Assembly (NCBI RefSeq): GCF_000181795.1
Contig: NW_003526945.1
Location: 5,035,282 to 5,099,281, forward strand
Source: Trichinella spiralis
Lineage: Eukaryota
Length of the DNA: 64,000 nucleotides
Reading direction: 5' to 3'
In this document: in pieces, positions 14,797 to 27,911 of the stretch
Position numbering within the stretch: the stretch's first letter is position 1
How the letters are laid out: every line of letters starts with the position of its first letter
The notes under the pieces: model-generated
Databases searched by the model: none
What the model was told of the DNA's origin: nothing
Seen by the model: only the letters and a program-made list of their open reading frames with translations
Made by a program: the position numbers and the translations under genes

Positions 14797-17592
14797 TTAT
14801 TGATCAAGTGGAACACTTACATCAGGTATGGGCCATGTGGACATGTCGATTTTGGCAATCAGATCAGAAGGCAAAATACGCGGAATGTTGTCGACAAGAC
14901 CACCGCCGGTGATATGCGCCGCGCCCTTCACTCGGCCACTGCGTAACAGTTCCAGCAATGTGTTGACGTATATTTTGGTCGGGAGGAGTAAATTGATAGC
15001 TTAAAACAAAAAAAAATAATAATGGGATGATTTCAATTTTTCTTCTGCTGCTTGTTCACTACCGACTGTCTGTTGAGGATTCCACGGACAAGGATCGTTC
15101 AGTTCAATATTCTGAGATTCGAGAACACTCTTGATCAGGCTGTATCCGTTGCTGTGAAAGCCGTTCGAAGCGATGCCAATAATCACGTCGCCGTTTTCCA
15201 TGCTAACGAAAACACAAACGTGCCGTTAAATTTTCACTGAACACAACAAGTCAAACACGCACACACCGCTGCTTTGCAGGCAAAGCAATTTGACTTCTCT
15301 CTACCGCCCCGACGGCAAAGCCGGCCAATTCAAATTCTCCCCGGGCGTACAGGCCGGGCATGCAAGCGGTCTTGCCTCCTAATTGGGCAAACGATAATTT
15401 GTTCAACAGATCCGGGGAATAGGAAACTTTGAAGAAAAATAAATTTGTTTTTTTCTTTTTCAAATTTACCAATCAAAGAACATCCCGCTTCCAAGCAACC
15501 CTTGGCAATACCCTGCAAAAGTGCCAACAACACTTCCTCTCGTAGATCAGTCTGAGCAATGCAGTCCAAGAAGAACAACGGTTCAGCATTGCGAGTTAGA
15601 ATGTCGTTCACGCACACGGCCACCAAATCCACTCCAATAGTGTCGTATTGTTTTGCTTTGGCGGCAATCTAAAATTCAAGAATGCAAAAGCAAAAAGAGA
15701 GAAAGAAAGAAAAATGCAAATGTCGCCTTTGCTCATACCATAAGTTTCGTACCGACACCATCGGTACCGGAAATCAGAATAGGATCTCTGTATCCGGACA
15801 GACGCAGATCGAAAGCTGCACCATATTCACCCAGCTGGCTGTAATCCAATACTCCAGATCCTGGTCTGACAATTGGTTGGCAGACGTGAACCAAAGATTT
15901 GACCAAATCGTCTGCAAACGAAAATTCCATGTCACATTCACTGTCTACGAAAGATGTTTCCGATTCGGGATCTGACAAGAGGCCAAAATTTCTACAGCAC
16001 AGTGAACGGTTGAAAATTCAATACTGATTCATTCATCTTGACCAAAGTTTGTCGAGTTCTCACTTACGGTGGCAAAAAGCCGTTGCCAATGTCAGAACGA
16101 TACTGAACACCTTTGAAATTGATACACTGGACCGCATCGTAGGCTTTCTTCCTGGCAAATCGAAATGTATTGCCAACACCGACCAGGCAAAGAACCCGGC
16201 CGTCGCTAGTCACCGGCAAACCGCTACTATCGGCCTTTGTTCCAGAGTGGAATACTAGCACGTCACTGCAATGCTGCTCAAGTCCTGGATAATCGCAGAA
16301 TAACTTCTTGGTTTCAAATTTTTGGAAATTTCCATTCGAAATACCTTCTATTGGATAGCCGGTTTGAACGTTCGACAACACCGGATAGCCGCTAGCAGCT
16401 AACAGTATGCCGCAACTGAATTGACCCTGTTTCCAACGGATGTTGCACTGGGAAAGAGTTTGATCCGTGCAGCAGAGTAAAATTTCCAACAAATCCGTTT
16501 CCAACAACGGCAACAGAACCTGTGATAAAATATTTGAAAATTTAAATTTGGGCTAATTTGAAAAAAAGTAGGTGGAATAATTTTCGTCACAAACTTGCGC
16601 TTCTAGATCACCAAAAGTGGAATTGAATTCCAAAACGCGAATGCCAAATTCGGTGATCATCACATCGGCGTGCAGAACTCCTAAACATTTGACATTAAGG
16701 CTTTCTTGATTGTTTTTTTTACGTTTTAATTTATTCAAATTTTATTTCACGAAATAAACTGCACCTTTGAATAGTTTGCCCTCTTCTCGTAGGATGTTCA
16801 CAACTTTTTGCAATATACACTCTTCGATAAAGCGTATATGTTGGACAGTTATCTGAAGAGAAAGTTTGGAAAGTGTATTGAATACACGAATAAGAGAATA
16901 GAATGAAAACAAAAAATATCCATACATCCAAATATGGACAGCACGCGCCCATACCGTCAGTATTGGGTCCGCAGTTGTTGTCAAGAAGACGTTTGTAATT
17001 TTGAACCAGAGGCATCACTTTCACACAATAACCATCGGTAAAGCAAAGGGCCAAAAATTGGAAAATATTATTAGCAAACAACTGCATGTAATAAACAGCC
17101 AGTTTAGTCGACTTACGGACAATTCTTTGCCGACTAGGAAATTTTCGACTACAATCTCCTTTCCAGCGGCTGAGTGCACTTCTTTCTGAAATGAGCAGCC
17201 ATATAAGCAAACGAACCGACAATTCCCATTGACTCACGTTGATCAAATCGTCAACTGCACTGCAAGCTTCGTCGTCGCTGGTGCCAACATACACACTACT
17301 GCCAGACGCTGTCGGACTTGAAGCTTTCACCACCCAGGCGTCGTATTCGCAGCTGAAATGCAAATTTAACCGTTTGAAATTAACAACTTATCAACGATGA
17401 TTGATGAACAATCGATTATTAATTTCACGTTTCACAGACCGTTTGATGTGCGATTTCGCTTTCTCAGAGTCGGTGAAAATTTCAAATTCCGCCGTGGGAA
17501 TGTCAAAACGTCGCATGAACAATTTCGCATATGCTTTGCTACTCTGAAAAGAAACAAATAAAGCAACAATTTAAAATTTTCACAATCTTCTT

Positions 17593-17653
<61 letters not shown>

Positions 17654-17784
17654 NNNNNNNNNNNNNNNNNNNNNNNNNNNNNNNNNNNNNNNNNNNNNNN
17701 NNNNNNNNNNNNNNNNNNNNNNNNNNNNNNNNNNNNNNNNNNNNNNNNNNNNNNNNNNNNNNNNNNNNNNNNNNNNNNNNNNNN

Positions 17785-17854
<70 letters not shown>

Positions 17855-18242
17855 TAGTGCAAAGCGTTCACTTCGATTTGTGCTGCCGCTTTCGTTGGAC
17901 CAAAGCAACGGATACCTAGAGCGGTCAACGTGTCCACGACACCATCGGCCAGCGATGCTTCGGGACCGACGACAACCAGATCCACTTTGTTCTTGACGCA
18001 AAAATATTCCACGCACGCATCGTCTTCAACTGTACAAAAATTTAAATATACAATCAACACGACAACAGCATACAATCAATCTTCTTACCAATGCACCGCG
18101 TTTTCGGCAGCGAGGCGATTCCAAAATTTCCCGGCAAAGCGAATATTCTGCCAACGTGCTCACTTTGGGATAATTTCCAGATCAACGCGTGCTCACGTCC
18201 ACCGCTTCCAATTACCACCACTACCGCAGGTTTGTTCAACAT
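13223..18242 (-). CDS. GART: Trifunctional purine biosynthetic protein adenosine-3 (GARS-AIRS-GART), multi-exon, with divergent active-site motifs
   Basis: [127 protein letters not shown]. Stop at 13223. Confidence 0.93.
17596..17852. repeat. (TA)n microsatellite spanning an assembly gap inside a GART intron
   Basis: TA runs at 17596-17653 and 17785-17852 flank Ns. Confidence 0.95.
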
Positions 18243-18776
18243 CTGCAAAATGTATTCGATGCTAAAAATGAGCAAATGAGCAACAAGCAAGCGAAACGGT
18301 CACAGTTGAAAATTGTTTGTATTGTTGAAATTGTCACTGAGAAAACGGTCGCCTTGATTTGCAAAGTTGAAATTGCATTTCATTTCAACTTATGCTAATT
18401 TCATTCTCCTTCGGGCTTTCTGTAACACTGATTATTATTATTATCGTAAGTTTCGAGCAACGATAACAACATTCTTCCAAACATGATTCGTTTAATTTGT
18501 TCCGCAATTTTCATATTCTCAACGTAACGTCATTATCTGATTATTATCATTATCATTATCATTATGCTAAACAATACTGATATAAATAAATAGATAAATA
18601 AATAAATAAATAAATTCATTTATTGCCTAATTTCTTAATCCAATAGTAAAAACACCATCAATCAGCAAACTGAGACAACAACAGCAACAACATGAACAAA
18701 CACGAAACAATAGATCTTGCATAATAAAAGCCGACATGATGTTTTTCTCTTCTCCACAGTTGCAACGAAGCACAAA

Positions 18777-21700
18777 TCACCTATAAGCACTTTCCTCTTC
18801 CAATTTAGACAGAAACAATGCAATACGATCTTCAGATGACTGAAAAAATGAAATAAAATAAAACACATCCATGAATGAATATAATTATTTTTTACACATC
18901 AAGCTCACCTGCTTAGTCATATCGATCATGTCCAACAATTTTTTAATTCCAATGAAATAACTACAAAAAATGATTAAAAGAATATATTCTGTATAATTTG
19001 AATTAAAAAAAAAGAAAAACTTGCTAACCGCTTTCCGGTCAACATCTTCTGCATCATCGTTAGCTCATTGTTGTCGAAAGATCCAGACTGCAAGCACACT
19101 CTGTACACTTCGTCACCAGTGGAAACAGGACTGACGTGCAAAACGTTGCCAAAAGCCGGCAACATGTCCAGCTCTTCCATCACTGCGCGTTGGCTTGACG
19201 TGGCCAAAATGAGTAATTTACGATTCTGCAATAAATATGGAATAATTACAAAAGCGAAACAGAATCTGCATATGCAAACCTTCGGCGGTGATCTTTTGAC
19301 AAGCACCAACAACGCTTGGAGCACAAGATTGGAATAGCGAGGGCCAATACGACCGAAATCTAGAAAAGATTTTACATCAACAACAACAAGAACAAATTAT
19401 AAAGGAAGAAATGGAAAAATTGAAATTTCTGAAAATTATCATCTCAGCATGGGAATAAAATTCAATTTCAATTTCACTTGCAGATAAAGAAAATCAATAA
19501 CGAAATTGAATCGAATAAATAAATAATAGCGACGTTCAATGATCGACAATATTGCAATCAACCAATATATGAAAATTTCTGCTGCTGTTGTTGTTGTTGT
19601 TCAAATCATCAACTTTCAACCGATTAAAATTGAAATATTGATATTTGAAAAATTAAATTTTTAAAAAGAAGAAAACATTAAATACCGATCAATCTTTCCA
19701 AATTATCGATCAGCAAAACCGAAAGCGGTGATTTGTACGCATCGTCAAAAGCCTGAATAAATAAATAAAAATCCAAGTAAACTAAAGTGTATTTGGATAA
19801 TTTTTGGTTGTTCGTTTATTTTGTCCAACTTTTCTCAACAGAGCGCATTTAGCAGCTTCGCTGTAGCCGACCATATCTTCGGGTGTGACCAGCTTTATGA
19901 ATGGAAATTCGGAACTTTTCGCTATTTCCGCAGCCAGTGCCGTTTTGCCAGTATTCGGTGGACCTGACAACGTTGAAATGGCAAATATAATCGAACAGCA
20001 ACAAAAAAGCAAACCTTCGAGCAATACTGAAACAAGACCACGGCAATCTGCAGCACGTGCTTGTTGTACAAGCAAGCTGCCACTGTTTAAAATTTCCTGC
20101 ACTGAATTATTGAACAGAATAATACTGCCTGATAATAATCTTTCGACTTCTTCCATCGAATGACCGTATGCCTTGAAAAAAAGAAACAAAACTAATGAAT
20201 TTTGGTTTCAACAATAAACAAAACATACAGGCTTGATATCGTTTTCTAAAGCATATATGAAATCAGCTCGCGTGATCAAAAGCTTTTCTACCGCATCCGG
20301 ATCGATGTTCACTTTGCTAGACGCCTAGAATATATATATATATACATTATCATTACATTACCGTGAAACACGTGAGAAAAATAAATTAATTTCGTTTTTC
20401 TGTAAAATATTTAATAATCAAACTTTAATCAAACGATTCATTGCTGAAGACTGCGCCGCACGAACAAGCCCTTCCAATTCTGCGCCGGAAAAGTTTTTCG
20501 TCAATGCGGCCAATTCTGTCAAATCCACATCTTCTGCAAGTTTGCCATATTGGCGCATTTTGAACGTGTGAATGTTCAATATCTGACAACGACCCTTCTC
20601 GTCCGGTAGACCTGGAAAAAGAGAAAAAAAACCAAGGTTAGCATAATTTGCAGTCGATCTGCAAAAATTCAAACCCACTGATCTCCATCTGCACTTCCAA
20701 GCGTCCCGGTCTAAGCAACGCTTCGTCAATCATGTCCAGTCTGTTTGTCATGCCTGGAATGCAGCAAATTTACAAAACTTCCCCAAAATTAGGAATGCTT
20801 CTTCCTCGCTTCAAACACATACCGATCACCAAAATGTTGTTCAACTGTTCAACACCGTCTATTTTGGATAGCAACTGATTGACCACGGTATCATGCACCC
20901 CGGCCGATCCAGCCTAAATTCCTTCCTCACAATTCATATGGAAAAATAAGTATATTCTATCAATGTTCACCATTGAGCCACGTTGTTTGCAAATTGCATC
21001 AATTTCATCCAGAATAATAATGTGCAAGCCGCTGTGGATACCAAGCTAAAGAAGACAAAAGGAAAATACAATAAGGGCAATTTTTGAGGGGTAGTGTAAT
21101 GTAACAACGTACCCGTTTGTATTCTTCTTCGGCATCGGCGAACAATTTTCTCACATTCGCCTCCGATTCGCCTACGTACTTATCCAATATCTGCGGTCCG
21201 TTGACAATTTTCGGCTCCCGGGCGTTCAACATTTTTCCAATTTGCCTTGCCATCAACGTTTTACCAGTGCCTGGTGGGCCGTACAGCAAAATACCCCGCA
21301 CGTGCTTCATACCTGCAAAAGCAGCGCGTCAACAAACAAACAAACAAGCAAACAACCAAATATATTACCGAGCTCTTCAATGAATTCTGGTGGAAAAACA
21401 CGCGAAGCGAATGCACGACGAAATATTGAAGAAAATTCGTTATCCAATCCACCAATGCCCATCTTTTCGAAATCCCAATCCGGATTGATGATCGGCCGAT
21501 ATGCTTGTTTTCTGAAATTGCAAGAGCAAATAATTTTCGAATTATAATAATAATAAATAATGTGAACAAATAAGCACACACCCTTTGCATTTTCCGGTCA
21601 AAGTGATCGAAGATGATTCCTCTTTTTCAAAAAGAACTGCTGAATTTGACAAAACTAAGCCAACACTAAGCTAAAATTGAAATAAGATCATCAGTTGAAT

Positions 21701-22640
21701 AAAAACCAATCATCATTATAGAAAAATAGTCACATCTTTTGTTGTTGATTCATCTCCTTTCAATGCGCTGAAGTCAACCGCTGAAAATTAATATTTAAAT
21801 TAAAAAAGAAAAGAGATTCATTTCCAAAGCCAACTTTCTCACCTTGCAAGCTTTTCACTGTTAATAGAAGTAGTTTGTTTGATTGGAATTGAAAAGGGAT
21901 TTGTTGATTGATTGAAAGAGCCGTATTAGAGAACTGCATCAACGCTTCTTTAGCCATTGAGTCAGTGTCATACGTGTCGGCAGATTCTTTGCTGTGGCGT
22001 GAAAATTAAACAAATAAATAAATAAATATTAAAAATTAAAAACAAAAAAAATAAAACTTCTTTTTGTGGTAAATATCGACAACAAACGTCACCAAACTGA
22101 TGTACTGGTTCGAATCGAAAGAGTATGGAACCACTTCCACTTGCTGGTCCAGTGAAATATGTGCCCAACGTCGCTACGAAAATAAATTCATCAATCGTAA
22201 CAATTAACAGTTGAAAACTGCAATCAGCTTCTCAATTAACCATAATTCCAACGTATTCATCAATTTAATACAAACGGAAAAGACTAAATTTAGAAAAAAA
22301 CAAATACCTGTAGCATGCTGAATGCGATTTTTCCCGCAGTGACAGATGGATGATTTTTTAAACTTATAATAAAAGGGTGTCCTATGCCAGTTCTAACTTC
22401 AACGTGTCTGAAAATATAGACCATTGTTGGAAAAGTATTCAAACGACAAACTCATATAAAAGTTGATGCATTTAACTTGATGAACTCGATGCTGAAATCA
22501 CTGACATTGACATATGCGACGTTGATCAATGCTAATTGTTCACATGTTACTTTGGTTGCTATTAAACGCTAAAAATAAAAAGTTCAAGACAGCAAATTAA
22601 GCATAATAATAATGTAACGAAAGTTGCTCACTTTTGCCAT
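18777..22640 (-). CDS. nsf-1: Vesicle-fusing ATPase NSF, multi-exon
   Basis: [107 protein letters not shown]2 [11 protein letters not shown]; 9-nt first coding exon ATG GCA AAA|gtgagc; TGA at 18777. Confidence 0.95.
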
Positions 22641-24928
22641 TCTAGATGCCAAAGGAGAAAGCTGTTTTCACAATGCTGCTTCGACTGCTTCTGAACGAAA
22701 ATTGGCTACGGAGTATTCCGTCAGAGGTTCGACGTTGGCGAGCAATCAATTTCCAATTGATCCGTTCGAAAACAGAAATTATCGACAAAATTTTACACCT
22801 CGCCCACACGGTTGTCAGAATAGATAGCAAATCGCCGGACGGTTCGAAGACGTGGAACGACAAGAAGCTAACAGTGAACCGGAAAAATGGACTACTAACG
22901 ACGAACCTATTCAACAAAACTTTGTACACACCAGACGCTCATAAAAATTTCACGCAACTGCTACGCTAATTGTACGCGATCAATCACCGTGGCAAATCAG
23001 TAGCACTTCAAGCAAACAAACTACGCTCATATCAACTGCTAAATGAAAATTTAATTCACAAAACCAAAGTTGATTTATTTACAGAATAGACATTTCAAAA
23101 TTAATTTGATTTACAATGGAAATCAAAGGTAAGAAAAAACTATCAACTTCTCATCATATCATAGCTTTTCCATTTTTCGAATCATATTTACATGCGGTAT
23201 TAATTGAAACTAAATTTCTTTTTCACTCTGCATTTAATGAAATACAATTGTCAACATGTATACAGTATTAGAAAACTACTTCTCATGAAGAACGTTAAAA
23301 TTACTATAAAATTGAACAAATGAACAGCTGAATAAAAATAACCATGGTATTTCAATCAAAATGATTTTTATTATTAATTTGAAAATATTGTTTCGAATAT
23401 ATAATTAATATGTATAATGAAAAATAAATCATCCCAACGTCATTTAAATTGCATTTCTATTTTATTTGTTTTACTGACGTCAAACAAATGACAACCGTAC
23501 AGTCCTGCAGCGTACTGTATACAGTATAAGTTGCTTTTCAGGTATCATTTGTATAAGTAACAAAAAATAATAACAAATAAAAGATAAATATATATTTAGT
23601 TTATGGAATTAAAAAATTATTTTAAATGAATTTTACTTAAAATTTATTTTTATCAAAAAATATACATTTTTCTTCAAAGTGAGTTTTGCTGTGTAAAGTG
23701 AAAACAAAATTGTTTCAAATTATGTTTAAAATATGCTGTATAAGTAATATTTGAACTGTTTGTATGAATTTTACTATTAGCATGATAACTGCACATTTTG
23801 GACAGCTAATAATTAGAAAATAATTCATATTTAAATGCATATGTAAAATGAACGAAATTGACATAAATACGATGGCAATGTACATTTGATTTTACATGAA
23901 AAGAATTGGTCGAATTTTGAGTATTGGCTTATGCGAAATTTCCTTTATTATTAACTATTCTTATTTGTTTCAATTTGAGCGCATCTGATTTTAAATTTTC
24001 CGCAGTATACAAATAACTGCGAGTGTATTTGCTTTAATTTTTCATTGAACAATGCTACTGACCTATACAATATTCACAGCGCATAACTTATTTTTGAAAC
24101 TATCTTATAATTAATTTTAAAAACGCAGTATTCACGTGTGATCCTTTTACAATAGTGATAATAAAATTTCGAAAAAGAATTTAATAAAATATATTACTCT
24201 GATACATATATGAAATGCTATTGTTTGGTATAGAATATTAATCGGCTTACTGCAGGGGATTTCAGCAGTAATATTTGAGATAATTTTATTTCATAATATA
24301 TCAGCAGAACTTAATCGGATAAAAGATGGAAAATATATTCTTCTAACAGGTGCAACAGTCAATTCAATTCAGCTGCTATTCATTGTTCGTTCAACAGAGT
24401 GCATTTTCATAATTCGGTAGGCTTATTTTTGAAAGAAAAATACTTAAACTTATTTAATAAAAGCAGATTTTGTTTTTCATCTATAAAAAAGTTTCCCTTC
24501 ATTTGTACTTCAGTGAGGAGTAAAATGTGTGCATAGATGTAGAATTATTTTGAATGCTTGAATTGAAGAGAAAAGAGAACAAAAATAAAACGAATATGTA
24601 GAAATTAGACAAATGGAAAATTGGAATATTGGCTACGTGTTAAATCAAGTGAATAGAATTTTCAAGAAAACGGGTAATAATAAGTGACGAGTGCAAATAA
24701 TGCAGCGTTGGGCGGCTAGTTTGTACACTAGCTACTGACGTCCTCGTTTTCTGGGCAACAATTTTCTTCCCCATCCAACGAACGAACAACGTTGTCTGGT
24801 ATAATTTTGAAAAATCTAGCCACGCCTAAGGGTAAAAGCAACTGTCCAGAATGTCTGGAAAAATTTCGATCCTCTCCAACCAGCTGTGCTGAAAATTTGA
24901 ACAAAATCCAAAACATCAACATCAACAA

Positions 24929-24960
<32 letters not shown>

Positions 24961-25131
24961 ACAATAAGAACAAACAGCCGCGCATTTGATGTAATTTGAC
25001 ACGGTTGACGTATTTTCTGAAAGGATGGAATTTTTCTTTTAATCAACTCAACGTATAATATAGCATATGAAAAAATGAAAATCAAAAACTGTGATTGAGA
25101 TATTAAAAATAAAAGGCAGTTCGAGTTGTTG

Positions 25132-26070
25132 CTAAGCATGAGAATAATTGGTCTGCTTGTTTCGTTCAAAAAGCTTCTCATAAGTGCGCCAAACGCCGGT
25201 CAGAGAATCTTCGTCAATGTAAACTACGGGCCGTTTGCTCAGCAGTGTGTATTCGGCTTCCCTAGTTGACATGCGTTTAGCGTGAATTAAATAAGCTACG
25301 GCTAATGATGCAGCACGCCCAATGCCAGCGTTGCAGTGGACGTAGACGCGGTGACGATTCGACACCAACGACTGCAGCAAGTACAATGCCTGCGGTAATA
25401 GAATTCGACGATGGGCCGAGGATAAATCTTGAATAGGCATCCAGACAAATTCTATACCGTTGTGCTGATACTGAGTCATCAGGTCGAGCACAACATTGCG
25501 GTCGCTGGGTCCGGCAGGCAACGCCAGACGGCTGTGCTCGAAAATGTCGTTTTCCGTTTGCAAGCAGAAAACAACGTCCACGCCAAGGCTCTTCAAAACA
25601 GCCACGTGGTAGAACTGACGTGGACAAGAGCCCACCCAGACGTTGTTGTCCAGTTTGCTGAAGTGTATGCCTTTGTCGGTGACCAGTCGGCCGAAGAATT
25701 TCAACAATTCCGCTTCGTGTATGCCCAGAACTCTAGAGCCTATCCAATAAGCCGGCGGCATGTAGTGCGTTTCATGGCCGTCGTCCAGAACGCTGCCATC
25801 AAAACGACGATTGTCCTCTTCTCCTGAACCTTCCCATTGCAGCCGACCATCAGCGAAGCGCAGCAAGAATTTGTAGGAGAAAGACTTCGGCGACGGGATG
25901 TCCACTTCAGTACACCAGAAAGCTGGCTCTTCCACAGGACCGTCGCTAATCCGATGCAGCAACACGGCACGATCCGGATCCCAGGCGCCGAGCTCTTCGG
26001 CTGAGCCGGATAAGTAAAGTTTAGTCTCAACCGACTCAAGCACACGAATTAAGCCGAATTTGAAAATCAT
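25132..26070 (-). CDS. EPM2A: Laforin glucan phosphatase (CBM20 + dual-specificity phosphatase), single exon, 312 aa
   Basis: N-terminal MIFKFGL..LSGSAEELGAWDPDRAV, YKFL..WEGSGEEDNRR (CBM20); VWVGSCPR, WMPIQDLS, VYVHCNAGIGRA (CX5R) and KRPVVYIDEDSL match the laforin layout. Confidence 0.92.
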   Translation of the reverse strand: MIFKFGLIRVLESVETKLYLSGSAEELGAWDPDRAVLLHRISDGPVEEPAFWCTEVDIPSPKSFSYKFLLRFADGRLQWEGSGEEDNRRFDGSVLDDGHETHYMPPAYWIGSRVLGIHEAELLKFFGRLVTDKGIHFSKLDNNVWVGSCPRQFYHVAVLKSLGVDVVFCLQTENDIFEHSRLALPAGPSDRNVVLDLMTQYQHNGIEFVWMPIQDLSSAHRRILLPQALYLLQSLVSNRHRVYVHCNAGIGRAASLAVAYLIHAKRMSTREAEYTLLSKRPVVYIDEDSLTGVWRTYEKLFERNKQTNYSHA

Positions 26071-27911
26071 ACACTCCACCAACACTTACTAGCATGATCT
26101 TATTTTTAACAAAGAAATTAATAAGCAAAAATCAAAACAAAAAACCAAACTTATATTTCTGCCTTTGTTGATTTTACAACGAAAATAAAGTAATCAACTA
26201 TTCAGATGAATTACGAAGAAAACAAAACAGCCGTCAGAAGAATCTGTCAAGAAGCGAAGACATACTTCAGAATTACAGTATCTGACATGTAAGTTGTTGA
26301 ACAAAGAATGTGACAATTGTAACAAATATTGCACAATAATCTCTTTCATTGCTACTATTGCATTTCAAGCGGATACTATTTGTTTAAGAAATCAGGATAC
26401 ACTGACATGTGACATTATAAATTTGGTTTTACTCGTTTCTAATAAAAAGTAGTACATCAAAAATTGTATAAATGTCCAAACACAACGTAACAAAATGCAA
26501 ATAATTAGCAGTTGATGACAACATTGATATAATAATCATTTTTTATACCAAATTAACATTGTATGCAGCATACATTTAGGCTATTAAAAATTACAGCATT
26601 CTTTCTTGAAATAAATTTGAAATTGTTCGTTTTCGACAATCATATTAATAAAGCGATCAAAACAATGCGCATAACTTATTCTCCTAATAAAATCTAAAGA
26701 TTTGTAAATTGCATGGGTTTTAAAATATGGAATGGCATAATGTAAATAAGGCTTTTTGTTTAGTAGAATGAAACAAAACATGTGTCGTAAAATGTTTAAG
26801 TATTAATTTTGAAAACGTTTATTTCAGATGATGCAACTACTTAATTTCAAGACTACTCGTTATTGGTATTTCAAGTAAATCCTTTACTCATCATAACTTC
26901 TGAGTTAGCAGAAGCAGCTGACTTTTAAAAATAAATTTTAAAATAGCATACAGGTAAAAATTAGTTCATAAAATTATCTGGAAGTATTTTATTATATTAT
27001 AATAAATTAATTTCCAAACTGTTTTCATACGAAATTAAATGAACATTTTATTTAAGCGGGCAAGCTATACTGATAAAGTGGAAAGAAAAGAAAAAACATT
27101 CATTCATATTTAACACTTTCTCACTTATGTGGAATTAACATTTATTAAACGTAGTAAATGAATTATTGATTAATTGCATCTAAAAAATTAGAAAAATCTT
27201 AAATATTTCTCTGCTTTTTTTATCAAAGAAAATACATTTTGTATCATTTATATGCAAGATTTTGATAACTTTTTGAGAATTTCGTTGACAAAAGTGAGAA
27301 TACATGCTAGACTGGCCATAAGAAATGATGCTACACTGTATTTATTTTATGACAATGCATTTCTCCTTATGAACATAGAATTTTAACCATTGCAAATAAG
27401 ATAAGTATATTGCAAAAGCAAAATTACTATCTACAGAAAATTTAATGACTATCACAAATTTTCATCAATAGTTTATATTAACAATTTAATTAAGTTGCTT
27501 CCTATATGACTACACGCAACAAAAATATTAAAGTAAAGCAGTGTAAAATTATTTTTAAATTTAATTTATAATATTTTTTCAAAATAAATATATTTTATAA
27601 TAATTTTATAAATTTAATTCAGCAAAATACATAAGAGTGAAAATGATTTTAATTGATAAAATTACAGTAAGCGTAATTAAACCTGAAATTCAAATGTTAT
27701 TACTGTTGTGCCTGCATCTTTGCGAGACCTTCACTGGTAGATAGATCAGTGACACTGGAGGAGATGCGCACAATGGTATTCTTTTTTTATTGTTTGTGAA
27801 TTTACGATTAGATATGATTTTTGCTAATTTTAATTCTCTTAGGCTCGTTTCACCCATGATAATTGTTGTTGACAAACATTTCTAATTAATTTTTATAACG
27901 TTTTCTGAGAA

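Noticed and set aside
17432..18075. ORFs with IYIYIY and X runs
   Set aside because: Translation of the (TA)n microsatellite and N gap inside a GART intron.
22646..22969. 107-aa plus-strand ORF starting 5 bp from the NSF ATG
   Set aside because: It overlaps the probable NSF 5' UTR/promoter, leaves no room for a promoter and shows no recognisable family.
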